A stretch of 64,000 bases of DNA. Source: Tubiluchus corallicola (taxonomy: Eukaryota > Animalia > Priapulida). The notes under the pieces are model-generated. The model ran no database searches. It saw nothing but the letters and a program-made list of their open reading frames with translations, and was not told the origin of the DNA. Every line of letters begins with the position of its first letter. Position 1 is the stretch's first letter. The DNA lies in assembly GCA_030141605.1 (NCBI GenBank), contig JAQGDQ010000128.1:248001-312000 (forward strand), in the 5' to 3' direction. Made by a program: the position numbers and the translations under genes. This document shows, piece after piece, positions 29,501-41,477 of this stretch.

Positions 29501-32500
29501 ATCGTGCAGTTAAAGATTAAAAAATATATCTTAAAGTATTAATTTATATAAGTGAATTAGCAATAAATTAAAAATTTTACTTTTCAAATCACTTTTGTCT
29601 GTTTATTTGCAAAAATTACACAAATTCCTTCAAAGTTGGCTGCTTCATTTTATCGCGAAGAAGTTGGTACACAAAGTTCTCATAATGAGAAAAATGTTGA
29701 AAATCTGATGCACATATCATCATCAGCTTCGCATGCTTAAACTGTTGGTGGTGCCCATGTTTTCCTGCAAGTATGTACTCTACTTGCATCCCTGGCATAA
29801 CAGCAACATCTAACTGATTAAACTTTCTGGCAAAGACAACCAGAGCTTCAAAAGCAAACCACTAAGCACCTGATTAAATGCTCAGCTTCCAGGAATTCTA
29901 GGGTATCAGGGTTAATTGCAGTGGACCGGCGGGTCAAAGGCTATACTATTAGGCTAGCATATTAGTGTATGATAAACATTCCTGGTTACAAACAATACGG
30001 TACTTAACATGACTGTTTCAATGTATATTATAGGACAAAAGCAAACTAAAATGATATAAAAGTCATAAAAGCTTAGTAGTCACAGGAAAGTGTCTTGTTG
30101 ATGCATGTGAAGCAAAAATATTGAGGTAATTATGCGGAGTTTTGAGTCAATTACCGACAGTTTTTATGTACATTTGAATAGAAGCGGCCCGTACCAGGCG
30201 TTTTTGAGTCAATTAAGTGATTGAGTCAATTAACCATGAGTCTATTAAGTGGCGCCTACTGTAATAACGATATTTCTGGAAACTACTGTCGCTTTCATCA
30301 GGTTAGCTAAAATCAACCACTTGGAATTCTAGAATTTCACATTGACTTTCTAGAATTCTACGTGATAAATTTTATGTAACCGGATGAAGGAAATAATGTT
30401 TTCCAAATTATCGGTGCTTTTTATTCTAACATTGTCATTTCTTAAAACTGTGTAACCTTTTCTTATACGATTTTTTTACATTACATGTTTTTTACATACT
30501 ATAGGTGAAGTTATTTGCTGCTTTAGCACCAATAGTTACAGTGGGATACATCAAAGGACCACTTCGTCTGATTGATCCATATGCCAAAGATATTGATGTA
30601 TGTTTGTAATTTTTAAGCTTATGAAAATGTAGTTTTTGAAGATTTAAATTTGATGCTAAGTTTTTAATGTACTGATATGTTCAACATGTTTTTAAATTTT
30701 TTAGGTTTCTTATTTAAATTGGCTAAGATTGACTTAGTATTTAGATTGACTTAAGATTGACTAAACAAGTATTTAAACACAGAAAATTACCAGCATATAG
30801 TTAAAGTGCAAGGACACAGACTCTAAATTAAAAAAATACTTAGTCTAAATCTAGTGTTTGTGTCTGTGCACTTTAACTATGTGCTGATAATTTTCTGTGT
30901 TTAAATACTTGTTTTGCAAGTATGGAACTTTGCAGGTACAAATTAAAATGCATTTATGCAGTAAATCTACTAAACACGTATCTCTAGAGACTGAAGAAAT
31001 TGCCAAAGGTTAAATGAAATATGGGTTATGTCATTACTGATATAGATATAAGACCACAATAGGCTTTGAGTTTAAATAAGTTCTCTATTATTTTTTCAAT
31101 TTGATTTTAAATATCTATGTTTTGTACCATGACACAAGTTTTATATTTTCTGAATTTTATATATTTAGATACGTAGCAGTTGTTTCAAATTGCTTTTGTT
31201 TTATTTTGCCCTTCAGTTCTTTCTAAAGTTAGCAGGACGGTATGACTTTCTTCGACACCTGCAGCCCATGCTTCATTTCTTGGGCAGGAATATGTGTAGC
31301 ACTGAGCCTTTGGACATTATTTGTCGAAATTTGCTTTTTTTGATTGCTGGATTTGATAAAGATGGAATGAACACGGTATGTATAATTGGCAAACAAAGTT
31401 TCAACTTTTACACTGGATTGTGACTCAAAATTGTGTTCATATTAAAAATAAGGACCAATTCTAGCTGGCAACTCAGCAACTGCTGGCATCTATTTTCAGT
31501 TAGTGTAATGGTCTGTGATCTTAGGTCACCAGAAGAGGTAACCTTCAACAAAAAGTTTTGAGTGTCAATTTGTCATCCTGTTGAATTCCGTGCAACTGCT
31601 AATAACTTAGTGACTCTTGGTGACCAACGCCCTCTGCAGGCGACTAATGTTAATTTTGAAACACTGTTTAAATTATTTATAAAATGATTTAGTAACTGTT
31701 AGTCTGCAACTGAGTATTTTTTTGGCTTTAAATCCTTAATATTCTATTTTTCCGAATAATATATTTTGTAAAAGTATTACTAATTCATCATTAGCGTTTT
31801 GTATTTGCAGACACGGCTGCCTGTATACTTAAACCACACTCCATCTGGCACATCTACAAAAAACATCATGCATTTTGCACAGATGGTTAGAACAAAGAAA
31901 TGTCAGATGTATGATTATGGTTATCTTGGAAACCTAATTAGATATGGACAGGTATATTTCCTTAGTAATTATTGCATGCTAATACCATAAGTTAATGCAA
32001 CAAGTGAAAGTGCGAAAAGATATCAAATAAAGCTTTTTATTATTGCTGATCTTTTTGTTTTTTAATTACTAAAACTTTGCACTTTGTTACCCTTACCAAG
32101 TTCTTGGAATTTGATCATTGTAAAAAGTTATGACAATTTGTACATTTACTTCACATTGATACGTACCTTTTGCTAGGGCAGTACAAAAGTACAAAAACAA
32201 TTAATTTATTATATCGAAATATTACTAAAGCAATAGAGAATCTGTCTATGCCTTCAATATTAGTTTGGAAGCCTCATGCATCTTGCACAGCCTGCAATCT
32301 TGAGGTTATGATTGAATCAGCGCCTGAGCATTACGGGATTAATTTTATCGATCCAGCTGAATGACTTTGAAATTCATCAGATCTCAACCATACCAAACAC
32401 ACTGGAGATATCCTGAAAAACAGAGGGGACAATAAGATGATATGCCATTATTGGTATTGAACAGATAAGCTTGTGAGACATCTGTTAGATGTGTTGGAGG

Positions 32501-34151
32501 ATCCTGAGTTCTTCAATCATTGCTCCAATGATAGCCTTCAACACTGAAGGCTGTGTGCGACAAGCTTGTGAGACATCTGTAAGATGTGTTGGAGGATCCT
32601 GAGTTCTTCAGTCATTGCTCCAATGATAGCCTTCAGCACTGAAGGCTGTGTGAGACAAGCTTGTGAGACATCTGTAAGATGTGTTGGAGGATCCTGAGTT
32701 CTGCAGTCACTGCTCCAATGATAGCCTTCAACACTGAAGACAACAGCAAAAAGATATGTGCTAGTGCCACCCTGTGTAAAGTTCAGATCCTGTTTTTTGT
32801 GCAAAAATTAGACACATGATTTTCTTCACACATTACAAGTTGCTGATATGTTTATATCATGTTGCTTGCATGCTTTCTGGGGATACTTTTTGCATGTAAG
32901 TAAAATGGTGTATGCAATTTTTCATGAAGAAAATTAAGTATATAATGAAGTTGTAGGTCAAAGAACTAATTTACACGTGTAAGTCTTTTGCTAAGTTTCG
33001 TATGTAATTCTTGCTAGCTATTCATGAATGTAATAATTGAAAAGAGATCGTATTATCAGAAAACGAACTTTTTTAGTTGCTAGATACTACTTTCTAAGAA
33101 ACTTTGCATAATTTGATGTAGGTTTCTAACTAGCTTCATTTATTTATTCTCTTTATTCTCACACATGCAACCGTACAAACCCACGTGCCAGCCTGCCTAC
33201 CTGCTAAAAATTTTATTTATGAAATTGAAAGTAACTGACCATATTTGAATTTTGTCGCAATTTTTGTGCGTTGTTCTCGCCAGTATGATATACATTGACC
33301 TAGTTTTGTTAGTCGATACTAATTGGGCAATAACATAGATATAATGCTTTTTTCCATTGACACAATATCATTATTAGAATTCTTGATTTACAGTATGCTT
33401 CGCTTTTAGATTAGATGTATTTTTCTATTAAATCAACTTGATGTGAGTGGTAAAAACATTAAATCAAAGACAATGAGTGACGAAAACATGTTACTCAAAG
33501 ATAGTGAGTAATGTTAACTTGTTAAATCAAAGACAAAGTTTGCTGAGAAATTAATTTTTGCCTGTACTCTGGAAATTTAGCAATTATGTTTTCGTAGTTC
33601 TTCTGAATACTGTTTTTTCCAAATGTTGAACACTTAAACAAACTTGCCACTTGAACATTAAGAAGCCCATCCACGAAATAAAGTGATCTGGCCAGGCTTC
33701 GTATAGAGTGGGATTCTTCTTGGTATCAGTACGATAAAGATTTTTAGGGGTAGTAATGATAGATAATGATATGGTGCTAATATCATTAAGGTATTTTCCG
33801 TGTCGATTCCAAACGATATGCATCTTGTATCAATAATTATCGATTTGATAATTTGCGTTTCATAACATTACTTTGACAATATGAAATTAATCATTTTTAC
33901 AGCTTCATCCTCCTGAGTATGATGTGAGACAGATGAATGTCCCTGTAGCATTATTCACAGGTGACCACGACTATCTGGCTGATCCAACTGATGTGTCGCT
34001 GCTGATTCCTAAACTACGAAACCTTGTCTTTCACAAAGATAGTAAGCCGTTCGATCACTTGGACTTCATTTGGGGCTTGAATGCTGTTGAACAGGTGTAT
34101 AAACCTTTAATCAAATTAATAAAAAAATTTGAAAACATGAAGGGATATTAA
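23548..34151 (+). CDS. Acid lipase family (lysosomal acid lipase / gastric lipase-like), 9 coding exons, 431-443 aa
   Basis: Exons 23548 (or 23584)-23769 (...LDPEVFMNA), 24932-25004 ([24 protein letters not shown]), 25422-25550 (RIPHG...[16 protein letters not shown]), 26923-27037 ([15 protein letters not shown]), 28880-29030 (YVGHSQG nucleophile), 30505-30597 (LFAALAP), 31217-31375, 31811-31951 ([16 protein letters not shown]), 33903-34151 (DYLADP; FDHLDFIWG). The Ser-Asp-His triad is intact. LIPA versus LIPF orthology is not resolvable here. Confidence 0.96.
25760..26700 (-). mobile_element. Highly decayed LINE relic in lipase intron 3
   Basis: Minus-strand fragment resembling RT 'WIxNYLxxRxxxVxIN' at about 26100-26170, plus an AATAAA and (TTAC)n-like 3' tail at about 25762-25790. 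Boundaries are uncertain. Confidence 0.4.
27647..28058. mobile_element. Tc1/mariner-superfamily MITE
   Basis: Imperfect ~28-bp TIRs: GTGATACGCTCATATCTCAGTTTGCCGCAC versus GTCCGGCAAACCGAGATATCAGTGTTAC. Confidence 0.6.
28089..28853 (-). mobile_element. Internally deleted Tc1-like transposon with transposase C-terminal relic
   Basis: TIRs ...GGCACAAAAAAATGTG (about 28097) and CACATTTTTTCTGTGCCACCCGATATA (28829-28855). ORF 28279-28500 reads [14 protein letters not shown]...QLK...W..I...[10 protein letters not shown], a typical Tc1 C-terminus. Confidence 0.8.
29325..30261 (-). mobile_element. pogo/Tigger-like non-autonomous DNA transposon
   Basis: 25-bp TIRs CAGTAGGCGCCGCTTTATAGACTCA and TGAGTCTATTAAGTGGCGCCTACTG followed by TA. 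GAGTCAATTA subterminal repeats. Minus-strand relic ends [11 protein letters not shown], like pogo C-termini. Confidence 0.8.
30265..30418. mobile_element. Penelope-type inverted-repeat element with two decayed minimal hammerhead-like cores
   Basis: Minus strand TAAC-CTGATGA-AAGCGACAGTAGTTTCCA-GAAA-TATC-GTTA and an inverted plus-strand copy TAAC-CGGATGA-AGGAAATAATGTTTTCC-AAAT-TATC-GGT. An internal GAATTCTAGAA / TTCTAGAATTC inverted pair lies between them. Confidence 0.55.
30763..30914. repeat. Near-perfect ~150-bp palindrome (foldback/MITE-like)
   Basis: AAACAAGTATTTAAACACAGAAAATTACCAGCATATAGTTAAAGTGCA... pairs with ...TGCACTTTAACTATGTGCTGATAATTTTCTGTGTTTAAATACTTGTTT. Preceded by three AGATTGACT copies at 30726-30762. 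Confidence 0.85.
32270..32778 (+). mobile_element. Tc1 transposase relic containing a 95-bp tandem triplication
   Basis: TCATCAGATCTCAACCATACCAAACACACTGGAGATATCCTG reads [14 protein letters not shown], a decayed SPDLNPIExxW motif. Ends ...GTGCCACCCTGTGTA, a Tc1-like terminus. Confidence 0.6.
32467..32739. repeat. 95-bp tandem repeat, ~2.9 copies
   Basis: Units start at 32467, 32562 and 32657 (AAGCTTGTGAGACATCTGTAAGATGTGTTGGAGGATCCTGAGTTCTTCAGTCATTGCTCCAATGATAGCCTTCAACACTGAAG...). Only a few substitutions between copies and no unique spacers. Confidence 0.95.
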
Positions 34152-36968
34152 ACTGCTACGCAAAAATATATCTGCTGAAATTAGTTTATGCTGCTTGCCA
34201 CAGTTAATTTGTCAATGTGAGTGCATCGCTGTACTTTGAACTTTAATTTTTCGTGTTATTGAATATCCATTTACCATTTCTGTTTATGGTGCTAATGTTG
34301 ACCATCCATTGAAGTTTTTATTGAAATAATGGAAGCTGGTATTTCTTTAGTATGGTTGTGAGAGTAACAGCAAGAAGGAGGATTACAATAGTGCCATGCA
34401 CAACCATATTTCCCACTGTGATATGTAAATTAATATTGCTAGTGAACTTTCTATCTTCCATTATGGTGCTTCTATAAACTAATGTACATTGACTTTATGT
34501 ATACTTGTGTGTATACATTGAATTATATTTCTGTTATTTTTAATTTCAACTGCACATTAATTTTAGCTTTAGCTCATCGAATTGTTTTTCAAGCCAAAGA
34601 AAATATTTGCCAGTGATATAGTTTTATAACGTAGTGTTGAGCAACTTTTTTAAAATGTTACCAATCAAGTCTTGATAGGTGGATGTAGTATCATTAAGTG
34701 CAGTATCTTTCATACACAGTGGGTAGTTTAACTGTTTTTTACATTGTGTGATTCTGTATACTTAACCTAAGTCAGTAGTGATGATTTCAAAACGAATGTA
34801 GTTATTGAAATAGCAATTATGGCCTGATATTACATTTTGAAATACAGTATATTTATAATTTGCCCCTTATAGAACAGATCTTTAAAGCAAATCCGGACCC
34901 AATGTTAAACTGTAAGCCAAAACAACCTATTCTTTAAAATATTGAAAGGAAACGTACTACTTTTTAATGAATGACTTTGAAAGAATAAAACAGTTATTAC
35001 AACACAATGCAATTTCGAGTTCATGCCACTAGTTCGTTGCTGTTACATGCATTTTGCCATTCGCTAGTTGGACCGGCACTAGCGCCTACATTTTGGAAAG
35101 TGCTGCACAAAGAACAGGTGCTGTATGTCCCAATTCAGATGTGTTAGTTTGTGACGAACTGCACACGTTCGACAGCTCATGCACGAGTACAGCGGTAAAT
35201 TTGAAGAATTAGAATTTTTATCTTAAAACTTGCCGAGTTTTATTACAACACTCTGTATCTCTTACTGTAACTAAGTAGTACTGTACTTCAATTTTTGCTT
35301 TCGCAAACATGCGTAACACGTTCATGGAATGTTTTTAATGTTGAAAATTATGTTAGTTTGTGATGTCATCACTAGGACTTGCCCCGTTGTTAATTAAGGT
35401 CTTAATCTATTACAGTATTATTGGTGTTAAAATGTATACTTTTACTGTACTTGAAAATGAGGTAGTATATGAAAAATCGTCCTGTCTTCCTTTAAATTTA
35501 ATGACTAATAGTTTGCCAGATTTTTTAAGTTTTGATCCATAAGATTGCTAAGTGTTGAATTTTAAAATGTTACCAATTGTGATATATAAAATGTGCTGTT
35601 GTATCAAATGCTTATGCAAAATTGTGGAGTTTTTGTGTAATGGTAAAAAAATGAGACAAAATATTATAAAATCATCATCTTGTAAACTGTGCTTTTATTG
35701 CTTCAATGACTAAGCTTTTTGTTTAAATATTTTGCTTTTAAATAAAGTAGTTTTCCAAGAAATGTTTCCTCTAGACAAGCATTTTTTGAACTAGAGTTTC
35801 GTTAAGCAAATTTTTAAAAAGTTAGCGCATTTTATTTTTATATGGTTTAGCAATCTGGAAGCTGTGATTACTTGATTTTCCCCTCAATTTGGTTGTGGCA
35901 TGGAGTTGGCCAGAACGCAAATACTTACCAAGGATAATCCGTAAGATGAAGTACTGACCTGCAGACTCTCTTAGCAATGTTTAGATGCATATACACCATT
36001 CCTCAATGAAGTAACTAGTCAGAGACAGTCTAGTAGATAGAGTTAGTTTGTCTTGGCAGTAATTTATCCATATGAAAGCAGACTCTGGCATTGCTTTCAC
36101 TAAGCATCACTCTGATAACTAAGCGCACAAATAACTACTCAGCTATTCTCTTCACCTAATGATAGTATTAAGTGCTGGTATCATTACATGTTCGATACCT
36201 TATTTACACCGCAAAATTTTTGATACCTTATTAACACCGCAGAATCCTAACTGTATCAGACTTATTATATTCTCATCACTAAAATTAGAAAATCACAAAA
36301 GTTAGACGTGTGCTTTTTTATACTTTATTTTAGTTGTTTTTGAAATAATTTTTGTTTAATAGCTGTACTGGGCACTGGGGTCAATGTTTACTTTGTATAC
36401 GGAGCGATTCAAGGTACCCAGTGTACCTGGTACTCAATGCAAACGCTGGACTTGAGGAAAAAGACATATTTGCCAATGTAAATTGAATATAAACTAAGGG
36501 ATATAAGCTGAGTATACACTATTGGGTAGCAAAAATATTTAAATTATTTGTGCCAAGTGGCAACTGTATAGTTTATGTAGTTGAAAAAATGTCTAATTCA
36601 TTAAAAAATTTTCTGTTATGTAAAGGTCGTAATAATTGTTAAATTATTGCTAGGCTTTAAATTTCTACATAAGAAATGTAATAGTGAGGCTAATTTTTCA
36701 AAATTTTCCTTTCCAATTTTTCAAAACTTATTTCAAAATGAAAAAAGCTGAATTTTCATTTTTAAAAGTATTTTTCAATAATTCAAAAAATAAAGTAGCA
36801 GTATTGTCTCTAATGAAGCAGTAATAAACAGGAATGAGAAGTGCTACTGAAGGAATAGTGTTTCATGTCTATTTTGTTTCCTTTTAGATAAGTTCTAAAA
36901 CTTGCCTTACTTACTGTTTCGATGAAAGAAGCCTGCAAAGAGCTAATTCTGTTTCACATTTTTCTGTT

Positions 36969-37071
36969 TTTTTCCACCCTTGAATGAAATACAACTAGTG
37001 ATTAATGATGTCACTTCTTAAAAATGGTTTTCGTATTTTGTTCTTTACTTTTCAAATGAAGGGTGGAAAAA
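36969..37071. repeat. Small inverted-repeat element (MITE-like)
   Basis: TTTTTCCACCCTTGAATGAAA ... TTTCAAATGAAGGGTGGAAAAA. Confidence 0.5.
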
Positions 37072-40000
37072 GTCGATTATTTTGTTGGTGATTGCCAAAG
37101 AGTTAACTGCATTGCAGAGGGTTTGCCACTTAATTAGACACAAGAGATAACTGACAAGAAGCAATGATTGGAAGGGAGAGTTTTTGTTTTGCATTCTCAG
37201 CATTCTTAAAAGCTTCTAATTATGTTGGTATTTGGAACAGAACGAAAACCCTGCCCATGGGTTTCAAGTTGAAATGATTTGCCAAGGGCTGAAGTTGTCA
37301 AAAGACAGTAAAGGAATCCCTAGTTTTGTAGAATCGGTGACTGTTAAGTTAATTAATCATGACTTGTGTTTCACTGTTGCCATTCACTTCCTAAAATAAA
37401 TTATTCCAGTATTTTGAAGTCTTTAGTGTCAAGATTTTTGCTCTTAACTTGTTAGTTTTTGGCACTGTTAAGGCTTTAGCTCTTTTGTGGAGCCTTGTTA
37501 TCACTTATTAAAAAACTTTGTCAGTTCCTCTGATTAGGTCTAAGAACTATACCCATATCATATAGCATCACATTATCTTTGTTAGGAAATTTGAGGATCG
37601 TGTTATAATCTTCGAGTTTATTCACTTTCTTCAATATTTTTCTATTTTGCGTTATTTATTTATCATTTTATTTCCATCCAAGTGGCCACAAAAGCAAACA
37701 CTTACATGATATAATAAACTCTACATACAGTAATAAGTAAAAAGTAATAACTAGAAGGTAAAAGGAGTCATCTTTGGGCAACCTTTGCCAGATTCTAATG
37801 CATACATGTACATCTGGTGTAAGTTCTGTTTTGGCTGAGTGCTATCTCACAGTTACGCCAGATACTCTAAGAGGAGTTTGAACGGAAAAAGTTTGCATAT
37901 GAATTTGCCCAGAGTGTTTGCATTCAGTTCAATTATCTGGCAAACTAAGTCCAAAATTAATGTTTGTTTCGCTTTGTTGTTTAGGGACATATTCCTTATA
38001 TATGGCATCCTTGCAAGAATTTTGGGAATTACCAGATAATTTTTTTGGAAAATTATAAAAATTTAAAAAATGAAAAATGGAGCCAATTCATATAATGGTT
38101 ATTGTCGGCCGACAGCTTGTGTATTTTATTTAGCATGTATGTTTGTAAAACTATGTACTGTTTACAGCTGTACATCATGCTTTGTGGTCTAAAAAGTAGT
38201 TAGGATATGATACGTGGCCTGTAAAATATGGTTAATGCAACAACGAACTTCCTATTGATGGTTTAGAAGTACATGTAATTTCATTTAACACGAACTAGAG
38301 ACTGTCGTCTTTTGATGTTCCGACACATCTAAAAGGCAAACGATGCCTCGGTCGGTAATGATTAAAACAGATTACGTAACTTTTCTTGCTGCTATCAAGA
38401 CTGCGTAAAATTCCAAACAGATTCATGCATTATGACTAAAATCCACTAACTCGTTCTTTCGTTGCAAAAGTCCGCCAAATTCTCGACAAAGTATTGCGTA
38501 GCAATGATTAATAATTTGTGAAGGTGATCTAGTAACAACTCCACTCGCATATGGTAAATGACCTTGCCTTGCGAAGGGCAGTTTAACCCTTGCGTAGTAA
38601 TTGTTAAGAACATTAGGAGACAAATATCGTTACGGGTGGCATAATTTTCTTGACGTAATAGCAACATTTTGTCCATCTGACTAAGAAATTAGTAACAGCG
38701 TAAGCATTTAAAGAATGTTCGTACACATAACATAGTGTGCGCGTACAAAGCCAATTGCTCTTAGCACAGAAATTGGTCGACCATACTTATTGCAATTCAA
38801 AGATGAATTTATCTAATTACTTTATTTCCCAGTAATTTAGTTGGCTACGTTTGATAATTATTTTTATTATCAAGCGTAAAGCGTTCGACGTGAACAGGTG
38901 TTATTATGTTTGTTCAGAGCGTTAGGGTTATTTATCATCCTCACTGCTGTAGGTTCTGGGTTGTTATGGTGCCAAGCTGTCTGGCAAACTTGTAAAGGTA
39001 TGCGTTACGGCATTACCCTCATAGCTGCGATAAGCAAGCAGGCAGGCGTTGTAATGAGTTTAAAAAGGGAGCCTTGTTGGTGGATTGTGGCGGGTGACGC
39101 AAATTTGCACTTTCTGTGTCCGTTTGTGACACTAACATGGTTGCTGGGGTGACGTAAATTAGTACAAGTTACGTAAAGCCTTATATAAGTTGGCCTCGGT
39201 ATGCAATTTAATGCAAGTTTTTAATTTTTTGAGTATTCACTTCACCTCCGTTTACCAGCTTATAGTGACTGAATATTACATCTTAGTGTGCAAAAATAGC
39301 AAGAAACAATGACAGCTAAATTTGTATTACTATCCATTTACCTGTTACCACTTACCATTAATCATACAAGTTAAAAGAATTTCTATGCTTAAAAAGCTTT
39401 TTTAAGCATAAAACGTTATTTTGGTTTATTTTAATCTCAACCTGTTCCAGCCAGTCGGAACTTGCCAAGTAAACCCAGCAATGAATCCGCCTATCTCGTA
39501 AATCTTATCGAGATATCACCTGGGATACACGACAGGTAATTGGCATTGCTGCGCACCTGTGCGGTCTTTACTCAAATTTGAACGTACTCATTTTAATCCC
39601 TTTGCAACAGCAGTTTAGTTTAATAACATATGGCATGTATTGCTATGGTATTGAATTATTTTGCTGTTGGGTAATTGTAAAATCCTTAGATTGACCTTGC
39701 ACTTCCAGTGCAGGTGGGTTCTAATTGTGGGGTCTTTAAAATTTCGAACGATTGCTTCTAAAGTATTAGCACAGAATGGCATTTAGTGAACTGTACACTA
39801 TGCACAGTTTCACTTGGTTATATATAATTTAATTAAATATATTTTGTTGGCTAGAAATTCTGTCGTAAAAACTAAATTTTTATACATTTTTATTAGTAAT
39901 TTTTCTATTTCTTATATGAATCTATTTGGTTTGGCTTCATTTTTTGGTTTTACTTATTTTTACGTGATTTACATGATTTCTGACAAATGTGTAAATGGCA

Positions 40001-41270
40001 AACGGTAAATGGTAAATGGCATTACCGCTTCATGCGTCCGTGTTATTTTATTTATGCTGTAAAATAATTATACTCATTAAGCACAGCTATTTTATGAATG
40101 TGACCATATATGAATTTTATAGTGATCCGTAATGTTAATGTCAGGTAGAATTCCTGATACAGGGTCTTTTATTTGAACAGATGTACCAGGAACTTTTGTT
40201 AGTTTAGGCAAGCATTGCCGTGGAATTACTGATTCTCATGTTACGTCTATTCAACTTGGACCAATATCAATTTTGACGAAATTCGGCAGTATTGTGTACA
40301 ATTGGAGTGGGTATTTTAATTTTTTCGTGGTTTGGACAAACTTTAAATAAGTTTTGAAAAGAAATCAGTTCTGACCAGATAACGTAGCACTCGAGTTGTG
40401 GTCAATTTAACGGAAAAAATGGCAGTCAATATAGCACATATGAAAGCACATATACAATAGAGCGTGGTTTCGGCGTGTAAGATACCTACGACTGAACACA
40501 TTACGTACACTGACACCCCAAGGTACGATGGAAAGTAAAAGGTCATCATCAGCAGAAGGTCAAATTTATTAGTACAGTGTAGCAATATGTGGCTTATTTT
40601 GTGAACCAAGAAGACACAGAAAATGTTTTACAACACGTCACAGATTATCGTGGGTCAAAGTCGCCTACTTAAAAACACAAAATGTATTTCCAAATAAAGT
40701 TTGGCTTAACACTTTGCAAGCCAGGATCTAACATTCAACAACAGAGACTGTTTAATGTTGTGGCGGAACCGAAACATAACTCTGCAGCAAATTAGCAAAG
40801 ATAATCCTTTGTGATACGTCTATATGTGAGACATTGAACTAGTTAAGGATGCGTATGGAGAATAAAAACAATTCACTTTACAATACGTTTTGAAAAGAAT
40901 TAAAACGATCGTTTCTGGAAAACACACCTGCTCAAAGATCAAAATGCAGTAGCATGATAAACGCAAGGCAGATTATTCGCCCGCCTTTTGACACATTTGA
41001 GACGGTTCAGTTATCTCTCGTTTGACACTTGCAAAAATAACAAGGGCATCGGCCGCAGTGACAGCAATTTTGCGCAAAACTTTGGACAGGCGGGAATGTA
41101 TTTGGCGTAAACTCTTACAGCGCATAAGATTTGTCCCTAAGGTATGCCTGAAACGAATTCATACCCGTTCAGGCGCTGCTACAATAACTATTAGCCTAAC
41201 GAATAAAAACTGATTTGCCGGGGGCAGTTGTTATCTCGCATCCTCCGTTTCGCCGTCCTGCAGTTACTGG

Positions 41271-41288
41271 AGTCGCCCCCTAGTGCTG
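41271..41288 (-). promoter_or_regulatory. CTCF-like motif upstream of SMOC
   Basis: Minus strand CAGCACTAGGGGGCGACT matches the CTCF core CCACYAGRGGGCGC with two mismatches. It sits in a GC/CpG-richer island about 770 bp upstream of the SMOC ATG. Confidence 0.5.
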
Positions 41289-41462
41289 AAGTGGTGAGCT
41301 CTCCCACTTTCAGAAAGTGTCACTCATTTCTCGCGGCGTATGTCACATGACCACCCCGGTGTTGAATCACTCGCGCTAGAGCTGTGTGGCGGTGACACAT
41401 TTGGAAGTTATGTTACGATCATAATCCGTGATGGAACGATACCTGGCACGTGCTTCTTTTTA

Positions 41463-41477
41463 GGCGCCGGCTAGACC
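41463..41477 (+). promoter_or_regulatory. BMP-Smad activating-element-like site GGCGCC-N5-GACC
   Basis: GGCGCC ggcta GACC fits the GGCGYC(N5)GNCV consensus, about 590 bp upstream of the SMOC ATG. Confidence 0.35.

Noticed and set aside
32467-32739. CRISPR-like array
   Set aside because: Contiguous 95-bp tandem units with no unique spacers, inside a eukaryotic intron, and no cas genes.
34778-34828. C/D-box snoRNA-like GTGATGA...CTGA
   Set aside because: Only about 50 nt, no convincing terminal stem, and it lies downstream of the lipase stop rather than in an intron.
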